Part shown: piece after piece, positions 35,523 to 43,422 of the stretch
Layout: each line of letters begins with the position of its first letter
How positions within the stretch are numbered: the first letter of the stretch is position 1
IMG/VR virus record: IMGVR_UViG_3300011435_000023
Location: 1 to 43,422 of that record
Origin: a virus
Taxonomy: Duplodnaviria > Caudoviricetes
Length of the DNA stretch: 43,422 nt
Reading direction: 5' to 3' (one strand)
Program-made: the position numbers and the translations under genes
The notes under the pieces: model-generated
The model's database searches: none
The model's input: the letters and a program-made list of their open reading frames with translations, nothing else
What the model was told of the DNA's origin: nothing

Positions 35523-37409
35523 ATGAAAAAAATATTATTGGCGTTATTGACGCTGGTTTCTATAACGTGTTTTGCTCAAACCACTGGTTATTTACGATAT
35601 GACAGCGTTAAAATAATGAAGCAGAATGGGAATAGTAATTTAATTATTGAGAACGCTACCAGGGATTCTCTTGGGTTTTTATATAACTATGGTAGCGGAA
35701 GAACGAGGTTTGAAGTAATTAGAGCTGTACCCGGCGGGATAAAAGTTGGTACGGATACTATCCCGATTACCAGCGGATCATTTGTTGATCTAACGACCGA
35801 CCAAACTATAGCAGGGGTTAAATCATTTGCGCCTGCGGTTACGGCGGCAGCGGCATTGGCAAGAGGTACGAATTTTCAACCGACCTTAACTGCGGCAGCG
35901 AATAGCGACGTACTTGTTGCGGTGGATATTACACCGACTTATGACCCGCTGGCTTTTACAGGCGTCCAAAAATACGGTCTACGGGTATTGGGTAAGGCGA
36001 AGTTTGGAACGGGGCAAAGTTCAACACTATCTTATGTTTATATTCCCGCCTATGATACTATTACAAGTACGACCGCATATACTGACCGGGGCCTGCATGT
36101 AGACCGACGAACGGTTTTACCGAACTCTTATATCCAAAATCCTTTGGCTGCTTTTTTAGTACAGGGGTATTTAAAGCCCGACAGTTTGTTAACTTTTCAG
36201 TCGGCATTAGTTGACGATGTAGCGATAATTTACGCAATGGGGGGCGGATTTTTAGATAAATCGGGATCAGTAACGAGTATAATAAATGGAGGCACGACGG
36301 CGGCACTATCGCCGGCGCTTACGCAATTAAAATTTGCTACGGACGGCATAAGTAGAACCATAGGCGCATTTATGGCAAATACCAAATATATTATAGAGGC
36401 GGATTCACCAGGCAGTATTTTAAGCTATTCCGATATAGTCTTGGGAGCTACAAAAAATATTGCCCCGACTCTTACGAACCGTTACGGACTTTATATTGAC
36501 CCGATAGACCACGCTAATGTAACGAACCCATACGCAATTTACCAGGCAGGTACAACCGACACAAGCGTATTTGCTGGTAAAATGCGATTTACAGGACTGC
36601 CCGCAGCGGCGGGTACTAAAGCGGTAAGAATTGACGCGAACGGATATTTAAGTACGGCCGACACAACAACGGGAAGCGGTAGCGGGGCGAACACCGCATT
36701 AAGCAACCTATCTGCTGTAGCCATCAATACCTCTTTAGTAAGTGATGCTGATAACACGGACGACTTAGGAAGTTCAGCGAATAGCTGGAAAGATATTTAT
36801 TCAAGGTCATTAATACTTGACGGTAGCACTTCAGGAACTGTTACAATAAATTCAGACGCAGTTTCAAAATCATTAAGGGCAACGACATTAACAGGTGAGG
36901 GGTATGTAATGACTCCAGCCATTACAATAGCTCAAAGTGCAAATACCTTAACTGACAACACAAGCGTACAACCTGTTTTTGGTAGTTCTCAGGACGTTTT
37001 TACTTTACAAGGTTCTACGCTTTACGAAATAGACGGGTACTATGATATTACATCAGGAACAACTTCACACGTTACGCTTATGGGTTTCACGCTGGCCGGA
37101 GGCGCAACGATCAACTGGATAAAATACACAGCCACTTCTTATGCTTCGGCAATAAATACAACTATAAACTCTATAAGAAATGTAAGCATAGATGCGGTTG
37201 CTCCAAATGCTGTAAACGCTTCGAATACCGGCGCACGCAACTACGTATTTTTTAAGGGATTTATATCAATGGACGCAGGGGGTACGGTTCAGCCTGTCAT
37301 ACAATTTTCAGTACAACCGTCAGGAACAGCAGAAACGAACACAGGATCATATATAAAATTCATACCGGTAGGAGTAAACAGTACAACAACAGTAGGACCA
37401 ATAAATTAA
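35523..37409 (+). CDS. Tail-fibre-like protein with an N-terminal signal peptide
   Basis: MKKILLALLTLVSITCFA-Q leader; DQTIAGVKSF, ANTALSNL and DDLGSS..W fibre motifs; Thr/Ser-rich. Confidence 0.7.
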   Translation: MKKILLALLTLVSITCFAQTTGYLRYDSVKIMKQNGNSNLIIENATRDSLGFLYNYGSGRTRFEVIRAVPGGIKVGTDTIPITSGSFVDLTTDQTIAGVKSFAPAVTAAAALARGTNFQPTLTAAANSDVLVAVDITPTYDPLAFTGVQKYGLRVLGKAKFGTGQSSTLSYVYIPAYDTITSTTAYTDRGLHVDRRTVLPNSYIQNPLAAFLVQGYLKPDSLLTFQSALVDDVAIIYAMGGGFLDKSGSVTSIINGGTTAALSPALTQLKFATDGISRTIGAFMANTKYIIEADSPGSILSYSDIVLGATKNIAPTLTNRYGLYIDPIDHANVTNPYAIYQAGTTDTSVFAGKMRFTGLPAAAGTKAVRIDANGYLSTADTTTGSGSGANTALSNLSAVAINTSLVSDADNTDDLGSSANSWKDIYSRSLILDGSTSGTVTINSDAVSKSLRATTLTGEGYVMTPAITIAQSANTLTDNTSVQPVFGSSQDVFTLQGSTLYEIDGYYDITSGTTSHVTLMGFTLAGGATINWIKYTATSYASAINTTINSIRNVSIDAVAPNAVNASNTGARNYVFFKGFISMDAGGTVQPVIQFSVQPSGTAETNTGSYIKFIPVGVNSTTTVGPIN

Positions 37410-37415
37410 AACACT

Positions 37416-38156
37416 ATGGACTTATACGAAAAACGCAGAGTAGTGACCGAACAAGATTTAGTCGACATACAGCTAACTACGGCGGATATGCTGGTAGTAA
37501 TTGACAGAGGGTCCCCTATTGTTTCCGGTACAATGCCAATGCCAACAAACCCTGTAGATAAGCAGGAGTTTATTATTTCGTCAAGGGTGGCTTTTAATAG
37601 TTTAACGCTTAATCCTGCGGGTAAAACTATTCACGGGAATATTGCAGCCATTGCGGCAAATACTGTAGTTGGTTGGTTCTACGAATCAGTAAGTCAATCC
37701 TGGTTTCCTATGAGAAACCCGGGACCGATTTGGGTAAGAGTGACAGGAAGCAACGCCACAACAACGGGGCAGGTATTGGTTGACGTAACGGGGCTGGTAA
37801 CTCCACTATTGGCGAATTCGCAGTACGAATTTGAAGCGGTGCTTTCGGTATCAACTTCGGCGGTAACAACCGGCACTGCGTACGGTGTGAATTTTTCAGC
37901 AGCAGGAGCAAGCATTGAGGCTAATATTTCCGGTGCATCAACTTCAACAGCAACAAAGACCTTACGCATTAATTCTTTCAACGCGGCTACTTCATTGTAC
38001 TTAGCTACGTCAGGGCAGACAGGGGGTGTTATTATAAAAGGCGCAATAGTAACCGGGGGAAACGCAGGTAACTTATCTATCCAGCACTTGAAATTGGGTA
38101 CTGGTACCAGTACGGTGTTTATAGGTAGTTCATTGAAAGTAACCCGCGTAAATTAA
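37416..38156 (+). CDS. Fibre/receptor-binding-like protein
   Basis: T/S/G-rich; C-terminal beta-sandwich resembling that of the upstream ORF. Confidence 0.6.
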   Translation: MDLYEKRRVVTEQDLVDIQLTTADMLVVIDRGSPIVSGTMPMPTNPVDKQEFIISSRVAFNSLTLNPAGKTIHGNIAAIAANTVVGWFYESVSQSWFPMRNPGPIWVRVTGSNATTTGQVLVDVTGLVTPLLANSQYEFEAVLSVSTSAVTTGTAYGVNFSAAGASIEANISGASTSTATKTLRINSFNAATSLYLATSGQTGGVIIKGAIVTGGNAGNLSIQHLKLGTGTSTVFIGSSLKVTRVN

Positions 38157-38160
38157 TTAT

Positions 38161-39933
38161 ATGGCAACCATTTTATTTAACGAGATACCTGTAAGCAATC
38201 CAGACCTGAACAATCCCGGCCGCGCCGTAGAACAATGGCATAACGCCAATGAAGTAAACGTACCGACAGAAGGCGTTAACACGCCACGGCACGACTGTTA
38301 TTACCGGTTTGTTTGGACCAAGATAGAAGGAAGGACGCAGGGCTCATACACTTGGGATTACTTCGACGGGCTGGTACTTGGAGCTATTCAGCGCAAACAG
38401 GTGCTATCCTTTGGTATCATGTCCGTTTTTCCGGGTAATGAAGTCGAGGCAGGCGGGCAGTCTTATGGCGGTGGATACGGATGCTTCCCAGAATACATCC
38501 ACAATAAAATGCAGACTGAATCTGTGAAGGATTGGAAGTCTGGTCAGACATGGACACCAAATTATAATTCTCCCTTTTACGCTGAAAGGATTCTTGCACT
38601 ATATCAGGCCATGAATGCCCGGATATACCAGATGGGCTGGCAGAAAGCTATCGGGATAATTGATGTAAGGATGTACGGTGCATGGGGCGAATGGCATAGC
38701 GCCTATTTGCCTAACAACAACGTACAGCAAGATTACCCAGCAGGAACTTTCCCGACCGTAGCGAGCCTTAAAAAGATTGTGGATGCCCATACGCAAGGGT
38801 TCCCAAATTTCCCTTTAGTTGCCATGATCGCCGGTTTTGATGCTCACTATCTGAATAACACTTGGAACGATCCAGAGATAGGCCATTACCTTTTAACGAC
38901 AAGGAATGCATGGGGGCCACTTGGATGGAGGAGAGATCAGTGGGGCGCAACCGATAGTTATCTCGAGAGCTACCTGGTGAATAATACCAGAACATGGAAT
39001 GGTGTCCCGCTGAATTCGCTGATCATGGAAAAGTGGAAGGTAGCTCCAATCACTGGTGAGCCGCCAGCATGGAATCCTGGAGATTATTATGACCTCGAAA
39101 GGCAAATCAAACTATATCGCGCCACTTCATTCGGGAATGGAAACTATGGTACTGTACCAAATTCAACAATAAAGAACAGGGTCAGAGCGTCCTCCAAGAT
39201 ATGCGGCTACCGATTCAAGGTCACCACAGCCACCACAACAGTAAATAGCTCTGGTCTGTCCATCCTGATGAACTGGCAGAACATCGGTAATGGAAATTGC
39301 TGGCAGGACTGGGATATAGTATTCTCACTGACTGGCACCAACTTCAAAGCTATCAGTAAACATAAGCTGAAGTTTTTCCAGCCTGCAGCTCCTGTGGCCA
39401 TCACAGATACATTTCCGTTAACGGGAGTACCAGCAGGAACCTATCAACTCACTTTCGCCGTGAAGGACCCAAATGGATACCGGGCAAACATGGCACTGGC
39501 CATCCAGGGTGGCACTGCTGACAGTGTTTATTCACTTGGATCAGTAGTGGTGGGCTCAACTCCTCCTCCTGTGAATGTGGGGCCTGTGGCTAATGCAGGC
39601 GGTGATATCGAGATCACTCTTCCTGTCAACTCTGCCCAGTTAGTTGGCTCCGGGACTGATCCGGATGGATCTGTGATATCATATCTGTGGAGCAGATTGA
39701 GTGGCATCGGAACTATCACCAGTCCGAATACTGCCAGCACACAGGTGACTGGATTAACCGAGGGGACTTCTGTATTCAGGTTAACCGTTACTGACGATAA
39801 AGGAGCGAAGGCAACCGATGACGTCAGTATCAAAGTAAATGCTGAAGTGGTTCCACCACCAGTACCAAAAAAAGTAGTGAATGTATTATCAACAGTAGTA
39901 TATGACGACGGATCAACAGACGATTTTTCATAA
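38161..39933 (+). CDS. Glycoside hydrolase-like protein (DUF4832/GH-A type) plus PKD domain
   Basis: NPGR, Y.RFVW..IE, GAWGEWH, GEP, GYRF; PVANAG.D...DPDG....YLW...LTVTD..G PKD motif. Confidence 0.8.
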   Translation: MATILFNEIPVSNPDLNNPGRAVEQWHNANEVNVPTEGVNTPRHDCYYRFVWTKIEGRTQGSYTWDYFDGLVLGAIQRKQVLSFGIMSVFPGNEVEAGGQSYGGGYGCFPEYIHNKMQTESVKDWKSGQTWTPNYNSPFYAERILALYQAMNARIYQMGWQKAIGIIDVRMYGAWGEWHSAYLPNNNVQQDYPAGTFPTVASLKKIVDAHTQGFPNFPLVAMIAGFDAHYLNNTWNDPEIGHYLLTTRNAWGPLGWRRDQWGATDSYLESYLVNNTRTWNGVPLNSLIMEKWKVAPITGEPPAWNPGDYYDLERQIKLYRATSFGNGNYGTVPNSTIKNRVRASSKICGYRFKVTTATTTVNSSGLSILMNWQNIGNGNCWQDWDIVFSLTGTNFKAISKHKLKFFQPAAPVAITDTFPLTGVPAGTYQLTFAVKDPNGYRANMALAIQGGTADSVYSLGSVVVGSTPPPVNVGPVANAGGDIEITLPVNSAQLVGSGTDPDGSVISYLWSRLSGIGTITSPNTASTQVTGLTEGTSVFRLTVTDDKGAKATDDVSIKVNAEVVPPPVPKKVVNVLSTVVYDDGSTDDFS

Positions 39934-39961
39934 CAAATAAAATCCAATATCCTTTTGAGAA

Positions 39962-40216
39962 ATGGACAATCAACAGATCGCAATGATTTACAATTATATT
40001 TTGCCTATTATATTATTTATGGCTGGGCAAACCGTAGCGTTTACAGTGGCAGGTATAAAAATTTATACCAGTGTAATGACAAGATTAAAGGTATTGGAGG
40101 TGGAGATGAGGGTAATGAAAGACAACGAAACAGAATTATATCGGATGATGAATAGTCTTTTAGAATCAACGCATCGGATTGAAGTCATTTTGCAAAACAA
40201 AAAAGATAAAGAATAA
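39962..40216 (+). CDS. Single-TM coiled-coil lysis-region protein
   Basis: N-terminal TM plus coiled coil. Confidence 0.6.
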   Translation: MDNQQIAMIYNYILPIILFMAGQTVAFTVAGIKIYTSVMTRLKVLEVEMRVMKDNETELYRMMNSLLESTHRIEVILQNKKDKE

Positions 40217-40241
40217 ATATCCAACCTAAAAATCTGTAATC

Positions 40242-40643
40242 ATGGACTATATCATCATTTTCTTTGGCTCTATTCTCGGAATGCTGCTGCTGACCACTGT
40301 GAAGAGCGTTTACATCCAGAAAGGATCTAAGTATTCCCTTGACTTTTATTCTGCCTTTAAAGTCTATACCACAAAGCACACAGGGCCCATTATCGTCGGC
40401 TTTTTAGTTGTATTCATTGCCATGTTTGTCCTACCCGATAGCCTGGCGCTGGCTCAGAGCGGAAAGCTCACCGGGACTAAATATTCACAGGTGGTTGAAG
40501 GAATTCTCGACAGGCTAAGACTGTTCAGTGTTGCTCTCGGAGTAGTAGGACAAGGTCTCGGATTCATCATCGTCAGGAAGGGAGAAAAATTCCTTAGAGA
40601 GCAGGAAGTGGAGGAGACTAAAAAAGCCATCACCAATGATTAG
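40242..40643 (+). CDS. Putative holin
   Basis: About 3 hydrophobic segments, charged C-terminus, lysis context. Confidence 0.5.
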   Translation: MDYIIIFFGSILGMLLLTTVKSVYIQKGSKYSLDFYSAFKVYTTKHTGPIIVGFLVVFIAMFVLPDSLALAQSGKLTGTKYSQVVEGILDRLRLFSVALGVVGQGLGFIIVRKGEKFLREQEVEETKKAITND

Positions 40644-41187
40644 AAAAATACCATTCATTATCCAAGCTGTGGTGTTCATTGTGTCAATATGCATGCTGCT
40701 ATGGAGCTGTGGCACCACCAAGTATGTTGACAAGGAAGTGATCAAGGTTGACAGCTCATGGATCGAAAGGAATGACAGTCTCCAGCAGGTGATCACCGAA
40801 GTGACAGCAAAGGCTGAATCTCTCCGGGAGGAGTGGCTCACCACCGGGATACTCTTCGATACTATCTGGAGGGACACTGGAAGCACCAGGATCGTCAACA
40901 AGGTCACATTCGACAATGGGAAGGTTAAAACCATTGAAGGGAGAATCCTTGCTGTCAATCAGGACCTGCATGAAAAGACAGCGGAGCTGCTGGATGCACA
41001 CAGCACCATAGATGATCTATCCATGAAGCTGGAAAGTGCAGAGGGGAAGCTGGCGAGGAAGCAGGACACTGTGGTGAAAGAGATCAAGCGATCATATATC
41101 CCCTGGTGGATTTGGTTGGTGATGATAGCTGGGATCCTTGCGAGACATTACTGGCAGAAAATTATAAAATTTAAATTTCCTATATGA
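40636..41187 (+). CDS. Lipoprotein with C-terminal TM (u-spanin-like)
   Basis: LWSC lipobox, coiled coil, C-terminal PWWIWLVMIAGIL. Confidence 0.65.
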   Translation: MIRKIPFIIQAVVFIVSICMLLWSCGTTKYVDKEVIKVDSSWIERNDSLQQVITEVTAKAESLREEWLTTGILFDTIWRDTGSTRIVNKVTFDNGKVKTIEGRILAVNQDLHEKTAELLDAHSTIDDLSMKLESAEGKLARKQDTVVKEIKRSYIPWWIWLVMIAGILARHYWQKIIKFKFPI

Positions 41188-41390
41188 CAGTTAAAAAATG
41201 GTATTTGATAATGGTATTAACCGCATTTTCCGGTTTCGTTTTGCTGATTAATACAAACAGCTATTTTGCAGATAAGCATAAAATAAACTGGCTGTTTACC
41301 GTCGTCGGTATAGCGCTGGCGCTGGTAGCTGGCTACTCTTATTATAAAGCCAATAAGCTCGGTAATCCCGGCGATCCCAAAAACAGATAA
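41184..41390 (+). CDS. Two-TM membrane protein
   Basis: Two hydrophobic helices. Confidence 0.6.
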   Translation: MTVKKWYLIMVLTAFSGFVLLINTNSYFADKHKINWLFTVVGIALALVAGYSYYKANKLGNPGDPKNR

Positions 41391-41738
41391 ATGATTTACG
41401 CCGTACTTCTTTTTATCCTGGTTTTGGCCGTTGACCTGGTTACTGATGTCAGGCTATACGACAAAGGATTGCAACCGGACAAGTTTAGGGGGGCAATACT
41501 ACGAACCGTAGGGCTGGCACCGTGCGTTTATTGGTTGGGCCCGTGGTCAATACCCGGTCTGTTCTTTCTGTACCTGATTTTATTTAACGGCTTCTATAAT
41601 ATTCTGATCGGCCAGCGCTGGGAGTTTTTAGGCACCACGTCAAAAATAGATTTGTTCTTAGCCCGCTTACCCCGGTTCCTTAAATACATCCTTTTAATAT
41701 TTTCCATCCTTTTATACATTACTTATGGCACCACGTGA
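41391..41738 (+). CDS. Multi-TM membrane protein
   Basis: Hydrophobic; FN..YN...G.TS..D motif. Confidence 0.6.
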   Translation: MIYAVLLFILVLAVDLVTDVRLYDKGLQPDKFRGAILRTVGLAPCVYWLGPWSIPGLFFLYLILFNGFYNILIGQRWEFLGTTSKIDLFLARLPRFLKYILLIFSILLYITYGTT

Positions 41739-42324
41739 TATGTTTTTGCAGGATATAAAAAACGTCCTGTTTGGCGGGCAGCTATCCGCTGGTCAGGCTG
41801 AAGGACTGGGCGCCCTTTTAAACGCTTGCGAGTTTTATGAAGTCAAGGACCCGAACCAAATTGCTTATGTGCTTGCAACAGCTTACCATGAAGTGAATAA
41901 AACCATGCAACCGATTGCTGAATACGGGAAAGGGAAAAACCGAAAGTACGGGCAGCGGGTGAAGTATAATGGAACAGGATATGCCGACACTACGAACCTT
42001 TTTTATGGCCGTGGTTTCACTCAGAACACATGGTATGATATTTACAAAATACTATCCGGCATCTTCAAAGTGGACCTTATCCATAATCCTGATTTACTGA
42101 TCACTGATATTGACCTGTCAGCGAAGGTCAGTGTTTATGCTATGAAGAAAGGAATTTACACAGGTAAAAAGCTCAGTGATTATATCAATGAAAACGAAGT
42201 GGATTTTGTCAATGCCAGGAGGATTATTAATATACTTGATAAGGCTCAGTTAATTGCCGGGTATGCTGAGAAATTTAAAAATTCACTGCTATTCCCGCCT
42301 TTAGCTGGTGGTCCTGAACTGTAA
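41725..42324 (+). CDS. Endolysin, GH19-like
   Basis: AYVLATAYHE, PIAEYG, YGRGF.Q.TW, NARRIIN. Confidence 0.9.
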   Translation: MAPRDMFLQDIKNVLFGGQLSAGQAEGLGALLNACEFYEVKDPNQIAYVLATAYHEVNKTMQPIAEYGKGKNRKYGQRVKYNGTGYADTTNLFYGRGFTQNTWYDIYKILSGIFKVDLIHNPDLLITDIDLSAKVSVYAMKKGIYTGKKLSDYINENEVDFVNARRIINILDKAQLIAGYAEKFKNSLLFPPLAGGPEL

Positions 42325-42371
42325 GGCATGGGACCGGCAACTTTCCATCGTATAATTTTAAGTATAGTAAT

Positions 42372-42389
42372 GCCCCGTATTTCAGGGGC
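42372..42389. terminator. Hairpin between convergent endolysin and bro genes
   Basis: GCCCC/GGGGC short stem. Confidence 0.4.
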
Positions 42390-42396
42390 TATAAAT

Positions 42397-43161
42397 TTAT
42401 GCAGTTAATAATTTCGGAAGGTAGTCCAATGCCTTCCTATCTCGATCGTAGAAATATTTTTCAGCATTTTTAGGAATCCAAACATCATCAATATACTTGA
42501 TAAATATAGATATCAAGTCAATTGGGTAAAGCCTAGCATCACATTCAAAACCACTTGGATAAACATGCCTGTATGTCTTAAAATCTTCCGGAACGGAAGG
42601 GAAGTTCTCCCTTAGGTATTTTGCAAAGCATAAGCCTACGCTTACGTCTGGCCTTATTTCTTTGCCATCTATTGCCTTGTTGGGAATTTTATATCCCACA
42701 TGCTCGAACCTGGCGTATAGCCTAATATACAGCTCTGTGATCACAGAAAAATGACCCTTTTCCACTCGGTTGTAATTCTCCATATACCTTATTATGAAAT
42801 TGGGGGTTTCTTGGCGATCTATACCGTAGCCTCCCTTTTTACGGATAGACGGGATAACCTCTTCAAAAAGCCATGCCTCAAAACGTTCTGCAGTGGGGAG
42901 GGTGGATTTGACAATAAGCCTATAAACATTAGGCTCATTAATTAACGTGACGAACTGTTCGCCGCCTTTTGTTTGAAGGGGGTAACGTTTCGTTATACCC
43001 TTTTCTTTACAGTGGTCGCCAATTGCCTTGCTGGGATTTGAATAGCCTAAAATCCTGGCTACATCTGAGGCTACAAACCAAAGCTCTCCATCAATGTCAA
43101 TAGTTCGAACACTTTCGAAATGATCTCCTTCGGAATACTTGAATAGTAAAATCTGCTTCAT
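42397..43161 (-). CDS. Bro-N domain antirepressor-like protein
   Basis: WFVASDVARILGY, INEPNVYRLI, F..W..EEVIPSIRK.G.Y. Confidence 0.9.
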   Translation of the reverse strand: MKQILLFKYSEGDHFESVRTIDIDGELWFVASDVARILGYSNPSKAIGDHCKEKGITKRYPLQTKGGEQFVTLINEPNVYRLIVKSTLPTAERFEAWLFEEVIPSIRKKGGYGIDRQETPNFIIRYMENYNRVEKGHFSVITELYIRLYARFEHVGYKIPNKAIDGKEIRPDVSVGLCFAKYLRENFPSVPEDFKTYRHVYPSGFECDARLYPIDLISIFIKYIDDVWIPKNAEKYFYDRDRKALDYLPKLLTA

Positions 43162-43412
43162 ATATATTGAATTTAATTACATACTGGCAGCCGCAAGGCT
43201 GGAGCTTATATAATCAATCAATAATTGCTACGCAGTTAGTGAGAGGAGAAGTTTTTGGCGGGAATGTCCGTTTCCTTTATATTGTGCTCGTATTAATCGC
43301 CCAAAGTTTCTCAATGCCTCCAAGTTACCAGCTTGTGAGGCATTACCATTTAAGCCTAATTGCAATATAAGCATTTTAGTACAACCACTCGCTATTTTTA
43401 ATGCAGAATTTA

Positions 43413-43422
43413 CGGTTTTTGC
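43413..43422. repeat. 10-bp terminal direct repeat, right copy
   Basis: Identical to 1-10. Confidence 0.75.

Noticed and set aside
39528-39983. Antisense ORFs over real genes (also 7717-8046, 18139-18432, 40515-40958)
   Set aside because: Shadow frames of well-supported opposite-strand genes
43167-43370. 67-aa plus-strand ORF
   Set aside because: TTG start, no recognisable motif, lies in the bro upstream region
1-43422. CRISPR array, DGR/retron reverse transcriptase, IS elements
   Set aside because: No spaced repeats, RT motifs or transposase seen by eye

Overview
The window looks like a complete, circularly permuted ~43.4-kb temperate tailed phage, probably a siphovirus. The host is inferred to be a Bacteroidetes (Chitinophagaceae-like), from TAnnTTTG promoters, a Bacteroidetes-type integrase, a DUF4468 protein, and a u-spanin-like lipoprotein. 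The first and last 10 bp are identical. An intact attP (3' end of tmRNA plus integrase arm repeats) lies internally between int and terS. Layout: a leftward early/replication operon (Cro, Xis, Sak4-like ATPase, HNH genes, C5 methyltransferase, initiator, DnaB); an immunity region; int/attP; terminase; a first structural block (tail chaperone with -1 frameshift, tape measure, tail tip, a glycosyltransferase, portal, MuF); an inverted cassette of 3 glycosyltransferases, 2 methyltransferases and an RHH-like regulator; a second structural block (scaffold, capsid, neck, tail tube, fibres, glycoside hydrolase); lysis genes; and a Bro antirepressor. The best candidate for a new system is a glycan-building and glycan-methylating kit woven into the morphogenesis genes. 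It appears co-regulated through a 17-bp operator placed at identical spacing in front of both structural blocks, and it co-occurs with a signal-peptide-bearing tail-fibre-like protein. All calls come from motif recognition by eye; no database search was run.
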